Notes: generated from the letters alone by a model not told the origin. Shown: positions 36,668 to 47,690, counted from the first letter of the stretch. The stretch is 64,000 nt of DNA from Candidatus Woesearchaeota archaeon (GCA_964576755.1 CAZNUV010000001.1:40883-104882); one strand, 5' to 3'. Translations and numbers: made by a program.

Positions 36668-37534
36668 ATGATAGAGTTTCTTATGAATCCAAAAAGAGCT
36701 GAAAGAAGACCCTGGGAAATGTTTTTTATCGGGGCATTTTATGCTTCTATATCTATACTTTTAGTTAGTTTTGTTTTTGCAAAAGACTCTGTACTAAATC
36801 AATTTGGGGGGATTTTAGTTATCTTGTTTACAATTATCTGTTCACTTCCTTTCATGTATTACATCATTAAATTTGAAGAAGGTAAAGATGTTGTTATTAC
36901 TAACAACGGAAGGCTTCTAAAAGAACATTCTAAAGCAATTCAAGCATTAATGTGGCTCTTTATCGGTTTTGTTGTTGCATTCTCTTTTTGGTATTTAGTT
37001 CTACCAAATTATACTGAGATAAATTTTAATGCCCAAATAAAAGTTTTCTGTGCAATAAATAGCCCAAATAATTATGAAACTTGTATACAACAAAATGGAA
37101 TTTCTGCAGTAACAGGAGATATAACTGGTAGCTTTGCTAAAGATAAATTATTAATAAACATATTTGCAAACAATATTTATGTGTTAATTTTCACGATTCT
37201 ATTTTCATTAATCTTTGGTGCGGGTGCAATGTTTATCCTTGCTTGGAATGCTTCTGTAATTGCAGCAGCCATAGGAATTTTTTCAAAGGGAAATGTTATA
37301 AATCTCCCACTAGGATTAGCTAGATATATGATTCATGGAGTTCCTGAAATTGGAGCCTATTTTATTGGAGCATTAGCTGGAGGGATTATATCTGTTGCCG
37401 TTATTAGAAAAGACCTTCAAGGAGAAAGAAAATGGAGGATTTTAGAAGATTCTCTAATCTTAGTTATAGGGGCTGTCTTAATATTAGTTCTTGCGGCAAT
37501 AATGGAAGTTTATATAACACCAAAACTATTTTAA
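36668..37534 (+). CDS. SpoIIM-like / DUF95 family membrane protein
   Basis: 6 TM helices. YMIHGVPEIGAYFIGALAGG motif typical of the stage II sporulation protein M family. Confidence 0.55.
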   Translation: MIEFLMNPKRAERRPWEMFFIGAFYASISILLVSFVFAKDSVLNQFGGILVILFTIICSLPFMYYIIKFEEGKDVVITNNGRLLKEHSKAIQALMWLFIGFVVAFSFWYLVLPNYTEINFNAQIKVFCAINSPNNYETCIQQNGISAVTGDITGSFAKDKLLINIFANNIYVLIFTILFSLIFGAGAMFILAWNASVIAAAIGIFSKGNVINLPLGLARYMIHGVPEIGAYFIGALAGGIISVAVIRKDLQGERKWRILEDSLILVIGAVLILVLAAIMEVYITPKLF

Positions 37535-37559
37535 AGAGTTTTTTCTTTAATTCAGAATC

Positions 37560-37694
37560 ATGGTGACATTAATTTGTAAGTTTTGCGGATATTGTCTAAA
37601 AAAAGATTCTCAAATTAAGACTTGTCCTTATTGTGGTAAAAAAAATGCCTTAGTAGAAGAAGAAACTGCCGAGGAAATTGTAATAGAAGTTTAA
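37560..37694 (+). CDS. 44-aa zinc-ribbon peptide (uncertain)
   Basis: Hand translation: MVTLICKFCGYCLKKDSQIKTCPYCGKKNALVEEETAEEIVIEV. CxxC...CxxC. Directly upstream of aglB. Not in the ORF track. Confidence 0.35.
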   Translation: MVTLICKFCGYCLKKDSQIKTCPYCGKKNALVEEETAEEIVIEV

Positions 37695-37713
37695 TATTAA
37701 GATAGATGAAAAA

Positions 37714-40449
37714 ATGGAAGAAGAAATAAATAAAAGAAAAGAGAAAGTTTTAGATTTTTTAAAACAACCAACAGTTTGGGTTTTAGGATTTTTGATAATT
37801 GCTTTAATTTTAGGAGTTTATATTAGAAGCATCCCCATGCATATTAGGCCAGAAACTGGAAAACCAGGTCTGTGGGATATAACTACAGATACATGGACTC
37901 TTGGTCCAGATCTTGATCCATGGCTATTTTTAAGATCTGCTAAAGAAATTGTTGATACAGGCTCTATTGCTCAAATAGATGTCATGAGGAATGTTCCATT
38001 AGGGTTTGATACAACAAAGGAAACTCGACTACTTCCATATATGATTACTACAACTTATTGGATACTAAATATTTTTTCAAATGTTAATATTGAATATGCC
38101 GGAGTTATATTCCCAGTGATTATGTTTACTTTTACAATCTTAGTTTTTTTCTTATTTGTTAGAGAGATATTTATAACGAAAAATAAAAATTCAAAAATCA
38201 AGGCTAATATCATTTCCCTTATCTCAACATTTTTTATGATTGTTATACCTAGTCTTTTATCAAGAACTTTAGCAGGAATTCCAGAAAAAGAATCTGCTGG
38301 TTTCTGTTTTCTTTTTTTAGCGTTTTATTTATTTTTAAAGGCATGGAAATCTGAAAATTGGAAATTTGCTTCTTTTTTTGCAATAATTGCGGGAATTTCT
38401 ACTGCTACAATGGGGCTGATTTGGGGAGGTGTAAATTATATTTTTGTTACAATTGCAGTTTCTACATTTTTAGCATTTTTATTAAACAAGATAGATAAAA
38501 AAGAAACTTTAATTTATTCCCTCTGGCTTGTTTTTTCTTGGGCGGTAATGTTAATATTTTCTAATAGGTTTGATTTAAAGGGATTTATAGTTTCTCTTGA
38601 TACTGGACTTGCATTTCTTATTTTATTTATTCTTATTGTCCACTTAATACTGTGGAAAACAAAAATATCTAAACTGAAAATTTTAAGGAATTGTAAACTT
38701 CCAAAAAATATTACTTCTTTAATTATTTCAATAATTTTAGGGGTTTTACTCGTATCAGTATTATTTGGTCCAAATTTTATAATAGAAAAAATAACCGATT
38801 TAAACCAAATTTTATTTAAGCCAACTACAGGAAGATGGAACACTACTGTTGCAGAAAATAGACAACCTTATTTCTTAGAATGGGGTGCGAGTTTTGGGCC
38901 TTTTATCCCTAATGTTAAAAACAGTGCTATTTTGTTTTGGCTGTTCTTTGTGGGTTCGGTAGTATTATTTAAACAAATGTTAAAAAAGATAAAGAATAAA
39001 GATGCTTGGATTTTGACTGGACTTTATATTTTCTTTTTTTGCGGACTAGTCTTTTCAAGATATTCAGAACATCCAGCTTTGTTTGATGGTGAGAATTTTA
39101 TTAGTAAAGCTTTTTATTATTTTTCTGCATTATTATTAATAGGATTCTTAATATATTATTATTTTCAATACCATAAAAGGCAAGATAATAGTTTTGATTT
39201 AATACGGTTTGAATATCTACTCTTATTTTCCCTATTTATTTTAACATTATTCACAGCAAGAAGTGCGGTAAGACTGATCATGGTTTTAGCCCCAATAGCC
39301 CCTATCTTTGTAGGTTTTTTAATTTTTTATCTTGTAGATAAATTTATAAAATCTGAAGATGAGACAAAAAGAATTATATATAGTTCTCTAGCGATTGTAG
39401 TCATTTTGTTAAGTTTGTTCACATTTTGGACATACTATAATAGTGTTAAAGCACAAGCAAGCGGCATGATTCCTTCTTCATATAACCAACAATGGCAAAA
39501 AGCAATGCAATGGGTTAGAGAAAATACTAATGAACAGACAACAGTATTTGCACATTGGTGGGATTATGGATATTGGGTTCAATCTATAGGAAAAAGAGCA
39601 ACTGTTTTAGATGGTGGAAATGCAATAAAATTTTGGAATTATCTTATGGGGAGATATGTATTAACCGGAGACAACCAAGATGATGCTTTAGAATTTTTAT
39701 ATAATCACAATGCGACCCATTTATTAATAGATTCTACAGATATTGGAAAATATGGGGCATTTTCAAGTATTGGAAGTGATGAAGATTATGATAGATTTAG
39801 TTGGATTCCTGCAATGATTTATGATGAATCTCAAACAAAAGAAACTAATAGAGGTATTACAATTGTTTATCAAGGAGGATTTGGTATTGATGAAGATATA
39901 GTCTATGAACAGAATGGAACCAAGATATTTCTTCCTGCAGAAAAAACTGCAATAATCGGGATGGTTATTGAGACTATTCAGAATAATAATTCAATTGCAT
40001 TTGAACAGCCCCAATTAGCATTTTACTATCAAGGAAAACAGATAAATATTCCATTGAGATATATTTATTTTAAAGACCAATTTTACGATTTTAAAACAGG
40101 ATTAGAAGGAACAGCAGATATCATTCCAAAAGTAGATTCTAATGGTAAATTAAATATTGCTGGGGCCCTGATATATATCTCTCCAAGAGTTATGAGAGGT
40201 ATGCTTGCCCAAAAATACCTATTAGATGATCCATTTAATAATTTTCCAAATTTTAAACTAACCCATACTGAATCTAGTTTAGTAGTAGAGTCTCTAAATT
40301 CTCAAGGAACAAATCTTGGAGAATTTATTTATTATGGGGGAGTTCAAGGACCTATTAAAATCTGGGATATAGAATACACTGGAAAAGAAAAAATAGTGGA
40401 AGAATACTTAGATAAAGATTATTCAAAATATCTATCTTGGGAATTATAA
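37714..40449 (+). CDS. aglB: dolichyl-phosphooligosaccharide-protein glycotransferase AglB (archaeal STT3 oligosaccharyltransferase)
   Basis: 911 aa, 13 N-terminal TM helices. Hallmark WWDYGYW motif (AHWWDYGYWVQS). Large C-terminal soluble domain. Confidence 0.9.
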   Translation: MEEEINKRKEKVLDFLKQPTVWVLGFLIIALILGVYIRSIPMHIRPETGKPGLWDITTDTWTLGPDLDPWLFLRSAKEIVDTGSIAQIDVMRNVPLGFDTTKETRLLPYMITTTYWILNIFSNVNIEYAGVIFPVIMFTFTILVFFLFVREIFITKNKNSKIKANIISLISTFFMIVIPSLLSRTLAGIPEKESAGFCFLFLAFYLFLKAWKSENWKFASFFAIIAGISTATMGLIWGGVNYIFVTIAVSTFLAFLLNKIDKKETLIYSLWLVFSWAVMLIFSNRFDLKGFIVSLDTGLAFLILFILIVHLILWKTKISKLKILRNCKLPKNITSLIISIILGVLLVSVLFGPNFIIEKITDLNQILFKPTTGRWNTTVAENRQPYFLEWGASFGPFIPNVKNSAILFWLFFVGSVVLFKQMLKKIKNKDAWILTGLYIFFFCGLVFSRYSEHPALFDGENFISKAFYYFSALLLIGFLIYYYFQYHKRQDNSFDLIRFEYLLLFSLFILTLFTARSAVRLIMVLAPIAPIFVGFLIFYLVDKFIKSEDETKRIIYSSLAIVVILLSLFTFWTYYNSVKAQASGMIPSSYNQQWQKAMQWVRENTNEQTTVFAHWWDYGYWVQSIGKRATVLDGGNAIKFWNYLMGRYVLTGDNQDDALEFLYNHNATHLLIDSTDIGKYGAFSSIGSDEDYDRFSWIPAMIYDESQTKETNRGITIVYQGGFGIDEDIVYEQNGTKIFLPAEKTAIIGMVIETIQNNNSIAFEQPQLAFYYQGKQINIPLRYIYFKDQFYDFKTGLEGTADIIPKVDSNGKLNIAGALIYISPRVMRGMLAQKYLLDDPFNNFPNFKLTHTESSLVVESLNSQGTNLGEFIYYGGVQGPIKIWDIEYTGKEKIVEEYLDKDYSKYLSWEL

Positions 40450-40495
40450 TTTAATCTTAGACAAATTTTAAAAGCCTTAAATGTGTATTTAATTC

Positions 40496-41512
40496 ATGGA
40501 AATTATCTTATTTGTTTCAATAATAATAAGTTTCATTTTAACTATTGTTGTACTCCCAAAATGGATTAGAAAGTGTAAACAAACTGGACTTTTATGGGAA
40601 GATATGAACAAATATACTCATCCTAAGAATGTTGCAGGTTCTGGAGGAATTGTGGTTGTAATGGCGTTTATATTAGGGGTTTTAAGTTATATTGCGATAC
40701 GTACGTTTTTGATTATAAATCAAAATGGAATAACTACACAAATATTTTCTCTACTAACAGTGGTCTTAATTTTGTCAATCGTAGGTCTTACTGATGATTT
40801 ACTTGGTTGGAAACATGGAGGATTATCAGCTAAGATAAGAATTTTTTTAGCTCTTATTGCATCAATCCCCTTGGTAGTAATAAATGCTGGTTCTCAGACA
40901 ATAATGCTTCCATGGATTGGGACTATTAATTTAGGACTATTTTATACATTGATTATTCTTCCTTTAGGAGTTGCAGGAGCTACAACTGCGTTTAATTTTT
41001 TAGCAGGGTTTAATGGATTAGAAACAGGACAAGGAATAATCATTTTAACATTCCTTTCTTTTATTTCATATATCACTGGGACCACATGGTTAGCATTAAT
41101 TGGTCTAATTATGGTTTCTTCTTTAATTGCATTTTATTTTTATAATAGATTTCCGGCCAGGGTCTTTCCGGGGGATATACTTACTTATTCGGTTGGGGCA
41201 TTAATTGTAACCATGGCAATTTTAGGGAATTTTGAAAAGATTACAATATTTATTTTTATCCCATACATTATTGAGGGAATTTTAAAGGCTCGTGGAGGTT
41301 TAAAAAAACAATCTTTTGCAATACCAGATAAATATGGAAATCTAAAATTACCATATAAAAAAGTCTATAGTTTAACCCATTTATCAATTTTAATCCTAAG
41401 CAAGTTTAAAAGAAATGTAAGAGAAAGAGATGTGACTTATCTAATCTTTATCTTTCAAGTATTAATATGCCTAATAGCCCTTGTACTTTTTAAGAAAGTT
41501 CTATATATCTAA
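40496..41512 (+). CDS. UDP-GlcNAc:dolichyl-phosphate GlcNAc-1-phosphate transferase-like (MraY/WecA/GPT family, AglH-like)
   Basis: Polytopic protein. GLTDDLLGW, AFNFLAGFNGLETGQ (NxxNxxDGxDGL-like) and PGD motifs of the polyprenyl-phosphate hexose-1-P transferase family. Confidence 0.75.
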   Translation: MEIILFVSIIISFILTIVVLPKWIRKCKQTGLLWEDMNKYTHPKNVAGSGGIVVVMAFILGVLSYIAIRTFLIINQNGITTQIFSLLTVVLILSIVGLTDDLLGWKHGGLSAKIRIFLALIASIPLVVINAGSQTIMLPWIGTINLGLFYTLIILPLGVAGATTAFNFLAGFNGLETGQGIIILTFLSFISYITGTTWLALIGLIMVSSLIAFYFYNRFPARVFPGDILTYSVGALIVTMAILGNFEKITIFIFIPYIIEGILKARGGLKKQSFAIPDKYGNLKLPYKKVYSLTHLSILILSKFKRNVRERDVTYLIFIFQVLICLIALVLFKKVLYI

Positions 41513-41513
41513 A

Positions 41514-42443
41514 ATGACAGAAAAAATTTCAATTATTATACCCTGCAAAAAGATAGATTCTCAAACCAAAAAATGTATCTTAGAATGTTTAAAATTAGAT
41601 TATTCTAATTTTGAAATAATCGTTCTACCAGATAATTCTGATAAGGTAAAATACCCTAAAATAGTCAAAATAATTTCTACAGGCCTTGTTAAGCCTTCAA
41701 TAAAGAGGAATATTGCAATGGATAAATCTAATAGTGAATTTTTTGCATTTATAGATTCGGATGCATATCCAAAAAAAGATTGGTTAAAAAATGCTATTAA
41801 ATATTTTAAAAATGATAAAATTGGAATTGTTGGTGGACCAAATTTAACCCCTTCTGAAGGAAATTTTTGGGAAAAAATTTCAGGATATACACTTTCTAAT
41901 TTTTTTGTGAGTGGAAAGGCCTCTATACGTTATAAGATTTCTAATAATCAATTCGTTACAGAACTCCCTTCTTGTAATTATATCACAAGAAATAAGGCTG
42001 CTGAAAAGTATGATTCTAATTTTTTAACTGCAGAAGATACAAAATTTTGCTTTTCAGCTAGGAAAAAAGGATATAAAATATTATATGCAAACGATGTTAT
42101 AGTCTTTCATCATAGAAGAGATAGTTTAAAAAAACATCTAAAACAAATGTTTGTTTATGGAAGAGATAATCTTTGGCTTTTAAAAAAAGAGTTTTCTATA
42201 AATAAACTCCATTTTCTAATAACTCTTATAGGGATTATTGGTTTTTTATTGGGAATTATTTTTTCCTTTTTTAATCCGGTTATAAGAATTATTTTCCCGA
42301 TATTAATAACAATTTCTTTGTTTATGATTCTTTTCACTAGCATACACAAAAGTATAAAGATAACTTTTTTTGTTTTTATCACTTCAGTACTAACTCTTTT
42401 TGCCCATGGGCTAGGATCTTTATATGGTTTAATTTCAAAATAG
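41514..42443 (+). CDS. family 2 glycosyltransferase with C-terminal TM helices (Dol-P-sugar synthase-like)
   Basis: ISIIIPCKK...FAFIDSDAYP (DxD). GT-A fold pattern. Two C-terminal TM helices. ATG at 41514 is preferred over the overlapping track start. Confidence 0.8.
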   Translation: MTEKISIIIPCKKIDSQTKKCILECLKLDYSNFEIIVLPDNSDKVKYPKIVKIISTGLVKPSIKRNIAMDKSNSEFFAFIDSDAYPKKDWLKNAIKYFKNDKIGIVGGPNLTPSEGNFWEKISGYTLSNFFVSGKASIRYKISNNQFVTELPSCNYITRNKAAEKYDSNFLTAEDTKFCFSARKKGYKILYANDVIVFHHRRDSLKKHLKQMFVYGRDNLWLLKKEFSINKLHFLITLIGIIGFLLGIIFSFFNPVIRIIFPILITISLFMILFTSIHKSIKITFFVFITSVLTLFAHGLGSLYGLISK

Positions 42444-42485
42444 GATATTTTTAATAAAAACATTTATAATAGGTCCTTAATAAGG

Positions 42486-43946
42486 TTGAATATGAAAATA
42501 ATTATTGGATACCCTCCTACAGAATCTGAAAAGGGGGTTGCACTTTTAAGTCAAAATAGACAATTTCAATGGTTTAGCAATCCTAGTTATTTATTCCCAA
42601 TTGTTTTAGGCAGTGCTGCAACTATGTTAAAATCAAGAGGCAATAAGATACTCTGGCTAGATTGTATTGCTGAAAAAATTCAAATGGAAAAATTTTTTAG
42701 TATTCTAAAAAAGGAAAGCCCGGACTTATTTGTCTTTGAAACAAAAACACCAGTAATTAAACAACATTGGAATCTTATTAATCAACTTAAAAAAAACTTT
42801 CCAAAGATGAAGATAGTTCTTTTAGGAGACCATGTAACTTCATTCCCTAAAGAAAGTATGGAAAAATCAAAAGTAGACTTTGTTTTAACTGGAGGAGATT
42901 ATGATTTCTTACTAAGTGATCTTGTAGATTTTTTAAATAATAAAATAAAAAAAATTCCTAAAGGTATTTGGTATAGAAAAAATAATAAAATAATGAATTC
43001 TGGAAAATTTACACTAAATCAAAAATTAGACAATGCACCATTTATAGACCGTCAATTAACTAAATGGGAAAATTATCAAAAAGAATACAACATTAGCAGA
43101 AAGCCTTATTTTTATATTATGTCTGGAAGAGATTGTTGGTGGGGAAAATGCAAATTTTGTGCTTGGCCAAGATTATTCCCGTGTTTTAGAGTGAGAAGTG
43201 TTGAAAACGTCTTAAATGAAATTGGGCATTTAATAAAACAATATAATGCCAAGGAAATATTTGATGATTCTGGAACTCTAACTGTAGGAAAATGGTTAGT
43301 AGATTTATGTAATGGGTTAATCAAAAGAGGTTATAATAAAAAAATAAGATATTCTTGTAACATGCGTTTTGCAGCATTAAAACAAGAGGATTATTATCTA
43401 ATGAAAAAAGCTGGGTTTAGATTGTTAAAGTTTGGATTAGAAAGTGCTAATCAATCTACCTTAGATAGATTAAATAAAGGTGTTAAAATAAAAGATATTC
43501 TTGAAGGTTGTAAAATGGCTAAAAAGGCAGGATTAACTGTCCATTTAACAATGATAGTAGGATATCCTTGGGAAACAAAACAAGATGCATTAAAAACATT
43601 TGAATTAGCCAAAAAATTAATGCAATCAGGACTTGCAGATGTATTACAATCAACAGTTTTGATTCCTTATCCTGGAACTCCTCTTTGGGAAGAAGCAAAA
43701 AAGAATGACTGGTTTTTATTTAACCCTGAAGATTATGAGAAATATGATATGCGGAGCCCTGTATTAAAGACTAAAAACTCTAATGCAAATGATGTTGCTT
43801 CTGTCTGTGGGCAGATTTATACTATCTTTTTGACACCCAAATATATCTTTGCAAGAATTAAATCTATCCGTTCTTGGGACGACATTATGTTAAACTTAAG
43901 AGGAATTAAAGCAGTATTTGGACATTTAAAGGACTTTTGGAAATAA
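42486..43946 (+). CDS. cobalamin-binding domain radical SAM protein (class B-like), paralog 1
   Basis: N-terminal Rossmann/B12-binding-like region. Cluster CWWGKCKFC (CX4CX2C variant). Radical SAM core (FGLESANQ). Confidence 0.7.
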   Translation: MNMKIIIGYPPTESEKGVALLSQNRQFQWFSNPSYLFPIVLGSAATMLKSRGNKILWLDCIAEKIQMEKFFSILKKESPDLFVFETKTPVIKQHWNLINQLKKNFPKMKIVLLGDHVTSFPKESMEKSKVDFVLTGGDYDFLLSDLVDFLNNKIKKIPKGIWYRKNNKIMNSGKFTLNQKLDNAPFIDRQLTKWENYQKEYNISRKPYFYIMSGRDCWWGKCKFCAWPRLFPCFRVRSVENVLNEIGHLIKQYNAKEIFDDSGTLTVGKWLVDLCNGLIKRGYNKKIRYSCNMRFAALKQEDYYLMKKAGFRLLKFGLESANQSTLDRLNKGVKIKDILEGCKMAKKAGLTVHLTMIVGYPWETKQDALKTFELAKKLMQSGLADVLQSTVLIPYPGTPLWEEAKKNDWFLFNPEDYEKYDMRSPVLKTKNSNANDVASVCGQIYTIFLTPKYIFARIKSIRSWDDIMLNLRGIKAVFGHLKDFWK

Positions 43947-44711
43947 AAATTTTGATACAGTAGAAAATTCGTATTTTTGTTTTTTACAAAAAAGAATATA
44001 AGACTCTAATAAATTTAATAGCTCTTTTCCATTCTTTCTTTTTATTATAAGCGGTAACTTAAATGGTTTTAAATCTGAAAATTCCCAGGGATGAAATATA
44101 ATCATAGTATAATTAGAAAAAAGATTATTCAATTTTGTGAAAACCTTAGGGTATAATGGTCCGAGATTTTTAAATGCAAACCAAGCAATTGGTAATCTCA
44201 ATAGAGGTAAAACAGATGGAGGGATTTCTACAATATTTCCAAGATAATGAACACTTCTTTTTTTAAACAAGTTTATGTATTTTCCTGGAAGAAATGTTGG
44301 GTGAATTGAAGAGTCATATTCAAAACCTAAATTTTCTAATCTTTGAATATCTTTTATCTGAAATCTTGGAGCCCTAAACCCCCTGATTTTTAATTTTAAC
44401 TTTTCTAACTGAGCCTTAGATTGACTGATTCTTTTAAAATTATTTTTATCTAAATAATTATCTTTATGCTCTAATCCGTGACAAGCAATTTCATGCCCTT
44501 TTTTTTGTAGGGATTTAATAAATCCGGGATATTTTTTGGCAAAAACCGCAGTTGTGAAAAATGTTGCTTTAACCTTATGTTTATCTAAAAGTTTATCTAA
44601 CTCGATTAATCCTCTCATAGATTGTTCAAATTTTTCATTTACCTTAGAAACAGGTAATTCATCAAATTCTTCTGTATCAAAAGTTAGGAGAATTTTCATT
44701 TTACATTTCAT
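43926..44711 (-). CDS. polysaccharide deacetylase (NodB homology domain)
   Basis: MKILLTFDTEEFD (TFDD motif region)...CHGLEH... is the carbohydrate esterase 4 pattern. Confidence 0.7.
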   Translation of the reverse strand: MKCKMKILLTFDTEEFDELPVSKVNEKFEQSMRGLIELDKLLDKHKVKATFFTTAVFAKKYPGFIKSLQKKGHEIACHGLEHKDNYLDKNNFKRISQSKAQLEKLKLKIRGFRAPRFQIKDIQRLENLGFEYDSSIHPTFLPGKYINLFKKRSVHYLGNIVEIPPSVLPLLRLPIAWFAFKNLGPLYPKVFTKLNNLFSNYTMIIFHPWEFSDLKPFKLPLIIKRKNGKELLNLLESYILFCKKQKYEFSTVSKFLFPKVL

Positions 44712-45397
44712 CTTAAAAATCTTAATACAAACAATCTTTTAAGCATTCCGGGAAGATACTTTAATCTAAAAGTACTAAACTTTTCATATTTAAACGGAAG
44801 GTATTTTTCTGCGAATCTATACTTTTTCTTTTTTGCACGGTATAAAAATTCTATATCAAAATCAAAACCTGTACAAGTAAAATGATTACCTATCTCTTTC
44901 CAGACTTCTTTTTTAAAGAATTTTGCTCCTGCCTGTGTATCTCTAAACTCTAAATTAAACAAAATTTTAGATACAATAAACCCCCCTAAAGATAAAAACC
45001 TTCTAATTATAGAGTCTTGTACCCTTTTTGTTCCTCTTAAGTATTTTGAAGCCAAAACAATATCATAACTTTCTAAGTGGTTTATCATTTCCAATACCTT
45101 TGTTAAATTAAAGGGGTTATCTGCATCTAAAAAACCAATATAATCTCCATTTGCATTATTAAAACCCGCTATAAGGGCATAACCTTTTCCTCTTTGAGGT
45201 ATTTCTATCACCTTCACAGGTAACTTTTTAGATAAGTTTTGTATAATTTTAGGAGTATTATCAGTACAATCATTACAAACAACAATAATTTGAATTTTTT
45301 TGAATTTTTTTGAAAAAAAGTTGTAATATTCCCTTATAGATTTTTCTATCACTTTTCCGGAATTATGGGCTGGAACTATTAGTGAAAAAGATTTCAT
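44708..45397 (-). CDS. family 2 glycosyltransferase, dolichyl-phosphate mannose/glucose synthase-like (DPM1-like)
   Basis: FSLIVPAHNSGKVIEK...VVCNDCTDNT...GKGYALIAGF...FLDADNPF. Confidence 0.85.
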   Translation of the reverse strand: MKSFSLIVPAHNSGKVIEKSIREYYNFFSKKFKKIQIIVVCNDCTDNTPKIIQNLSKKLPVKVIEIPQRGKGYALIAGFNNANGDYIGFLDADNPFNLTKVLEMINHLESYDIVLASKYLRGTKRVQDSIIRRFLSLGGFIVSKILFNLEFRDTQAGAKFFKKEVWKEIGNHFTCTGFDFDIEFLYRAKKKKYRFAEKYLPFKYEKFSTFRLKYLPGMLKRLFVLRFLR

Positions 45398-45481
45398 TAG
45401 ATTTCAGAGATTAAGCATATATAAAATTATTGGATTTATACTCTTAGAAAGGTTTTTTAATTAATTTTCATCCCCTATTCT

Positions 45482-46438
45482 ATGGGTACATGGAATATAT
45501 TAAAAAAACTTTTTCCATTAATCGGAATTTCAATATTTATATACTTAATATTAAAATTAGACATTAAAAATATCTCTCAAACTATTTTAAATGCCAATCT
45601 CGGTTTCCTTGTTATAGTTATTCTCCTCGTGATATTATCTGTTTCATTACAAACATTAAAATGGTGGATTATTGCACTAAACCAAGAGATGAATATCCCA
45701 TTTAAAAAAGCTGTAAAAATAAATTTAATGTCAGATTTTTATGGATTTGTTACACCTTCAAAATTGGGTACAATTATGAGAGTAGAGTATTTAAAAAAAT
45801 ACGGTACTGTGGGAAGAGGGATTACAAATTTTACGCTAGATAAAATACTAGATATCTGTTCATTATTTTTCTTATCGTTATTGTTTATTTTTGTTTTTAA
45901 AGGGATATTTCCAATTTATTTTAGAATGTTAATGTTTGGAATAGTTATTCTAATAGTTCTAATTTTTCTTTTTCTAAAGGAAAGAGCTATCTTATCTATT
46001 TTAAAATGGATGTATAACAATTTTCTTCCGAAAAAGTTTAAATTAAAGGCTAAATCAACCTTTCATGCGTTATATGAAAATTTTCCTAAAAAATCCGTTT
46101 TGATTCAAGCCCTTTTATTGAATACTATTACCTGGATTGTAGCTTATTTTATCTCTTACTTTATAGGCCTATCTTTAGGAATAAATGTTCATTGGATTTA
46201 TTTCTTAGCCATATTTCCAATTGCAACCTTAATTGCCCAACTACCTATAACTGTAAATGGACTTGGAACTAGAGAAGCAGTATTAATTCAACTATTTGGA
46301 TTGTTAAATGTTGAAGCGACAAAGGTTTTTTCAATGTCAATTTTAGGTCTTTTAATTGCAGGAATTGTCCCAGTAATGGTTGGACTCTTTTTTATACTTA
46401 AGGGGGAAAATAAAAAAAATGAAATACACCCTATTTAA
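45482..46438 (+). CDS. UPF0104 / flippase-like (LPG synthase TM-domain-like) membrane protein
   Basis: 318 aa, about 8 TM helices. Family commonly partnered with GT2 enzymes. Confidence 0.5.
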   Translation: MGTWNILKKLFPLIGISIFIYLILKLDIKNISQTILNANLGFLVIVILLVILSVSLQTLKWWIIALNQEMNIPFKKAVKINLMSDFYGFVTPSKLGTIMRVEYLKKYGTVGRGITNFTLDKILDICSLFFLSLLFIFVFKGIFPIYFRMLMFGIVILIVLIFLFLKERAILSILKWMYNNFLPKKFKLKAKSTFHALYENFPKKSVLIQALLLNTITWIVAYFISYFIGLSLGINVHWIYFLAIFPIATLIAQLPITVNGLGTREAVLIQLFGLLNVEATKVFSMSILGLLIAGIVPVMVGLFFILKGENKKNEIHPI

Positions 46439-47690
46439 GGAAGCTGACAAAAAAATTGAAAAAGATATGCAAGAGATAATTAAAGAAATAAGAAGAAAAA
46501 TTCCGGAAGTTATTTCTATATTCCTTACAGGAGGATTTTCCCGTGGAGAAGGTCCTGTAAAAAAGGTACGAGAAGGATTTTATCCCTATAATGATTATGA
46601 CATTCAAGTTATAACTCAGAAAAAATTAAGTAAAGAAGAGACAGATAACATTTCTATTGAAATTTCAAAAAAATTAGGTTACAGAGGTATTGGTTATTTT
46701 TATAATTTTAAAAAAGAAGAACAAAAATTTAAAGAGAATTTCTATATAGACTTAAAGGTTGATACTCCAAAAGATTTAGAAACCCTTTTGCCAAGAATAA
46801 GGACTATTGAATTAAAAGAGAACTCTAAATTATTATGGGGGAAAGATGTACGGAGTATTATTCCCAATTATCAACTTAAAGAAATACCTCTCGCAGAGGG
46901 GGCTAAATTATTATTGGATAGAATGAGTCAACTCATCCAGTATTATTCTCTTAAAAAAGAAATGGATAAAGAATTTATGACATACATTATCCAACAAGCC
47001 TATGCTGCATGTTGTACTTCCCTCTTATTATTATCAAAGAAATATGAAATTGGTTATTTAAAATCTATGAAAATTTTTAAAGAGAATTATAAAACCGACT
47101 TTCCAGAACTATATAAAAAATCTCCAAATCTAGATAAAAAAATAGAAGAATTTATTAAATGGAAATCTAACCCAGAAAAATTACCAAATAGAAATATAGA
47201 TGAAGAATGGTTTATTGTAAAAGATAATATCCTTGAAGTTACAAAATACTTTTTTAGTAAATTTCTAAATAAGAAGATTAATACACTAGAAGAACTCTCA
47301 AATGGAATTCTTGGAATGAGAGAACAATTTTACCTGCCTTTTTTGAATGCAATTATAAAGAATAAATTAAAGATTAATCTTGGAAAAATAAACATACTCT
47401 TACTACCTTTAGTTTCCTTGATTCTAAAATATAAATACTACCAAAGATTGAAAAAATTTAAAATGAATAAGATAAACATTTTCCTTGAAAAAAGTCCAGA
47501 GTTAATAATCTTTGGAAGTTTGATTTTTTTAATTGGATCTATTGATAAAAATGGGGTTAATGAAGACCTTCTTAAAAAAGGTAGAGAGTTATTAGGAAAA
47601 GTATATAACTGCAAAGCAAAGAATTGGGAAGAAACCAGTTTAGAGTATGCAAATGCTTATATAACATTTTTTCTTCAAAAAATAATATGA
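46419..47690 (+). CDS. nucleotidyltransferase-fold domain protein, hypothetical
   Basis: TGGFSRGEGPV...YNDYDIQVI resembles the minimal nucleotidyltransferase GS...D.D motif. ATG at 46419 preferred. Confidence 0.45.
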   Translation: MKYTLFKEADKKIEKDMQEIIKEIRRKIPEVISIFLTGGFSRGEGPVKKVREGFYPYNDYDIQVITQKKLSKEETDNISIEISKKLGYRGIGYFYNFKKEEQKFKENFYIDLKVDTPKDLETLLPRIRTIELKENSKLLWGKDVRSIIPNYQLKEIPLAEGAKLLLDRMSQLIQYYSLKKEMDKEFMTYIIQQAYAACCTSLLLLSKKYEIGYLKSMKIFKENYKTDFPELYKKSPNLDKKIEEFIKWKSNPEKLPNRNIDEEWFIVKDNILEVTKYFFSKFLNKKINTLEELSNGILGMREQFYLPFLNAIIKNKLKINLGKINILLLPLVSLILKYKYYQRLKKFKMNKINIFLEKSPELIIFGSLIFLIGSIDKNGVNEDLLKKGRELLGKVYNCKAKNWEETSLEYANAYITFFLQKII

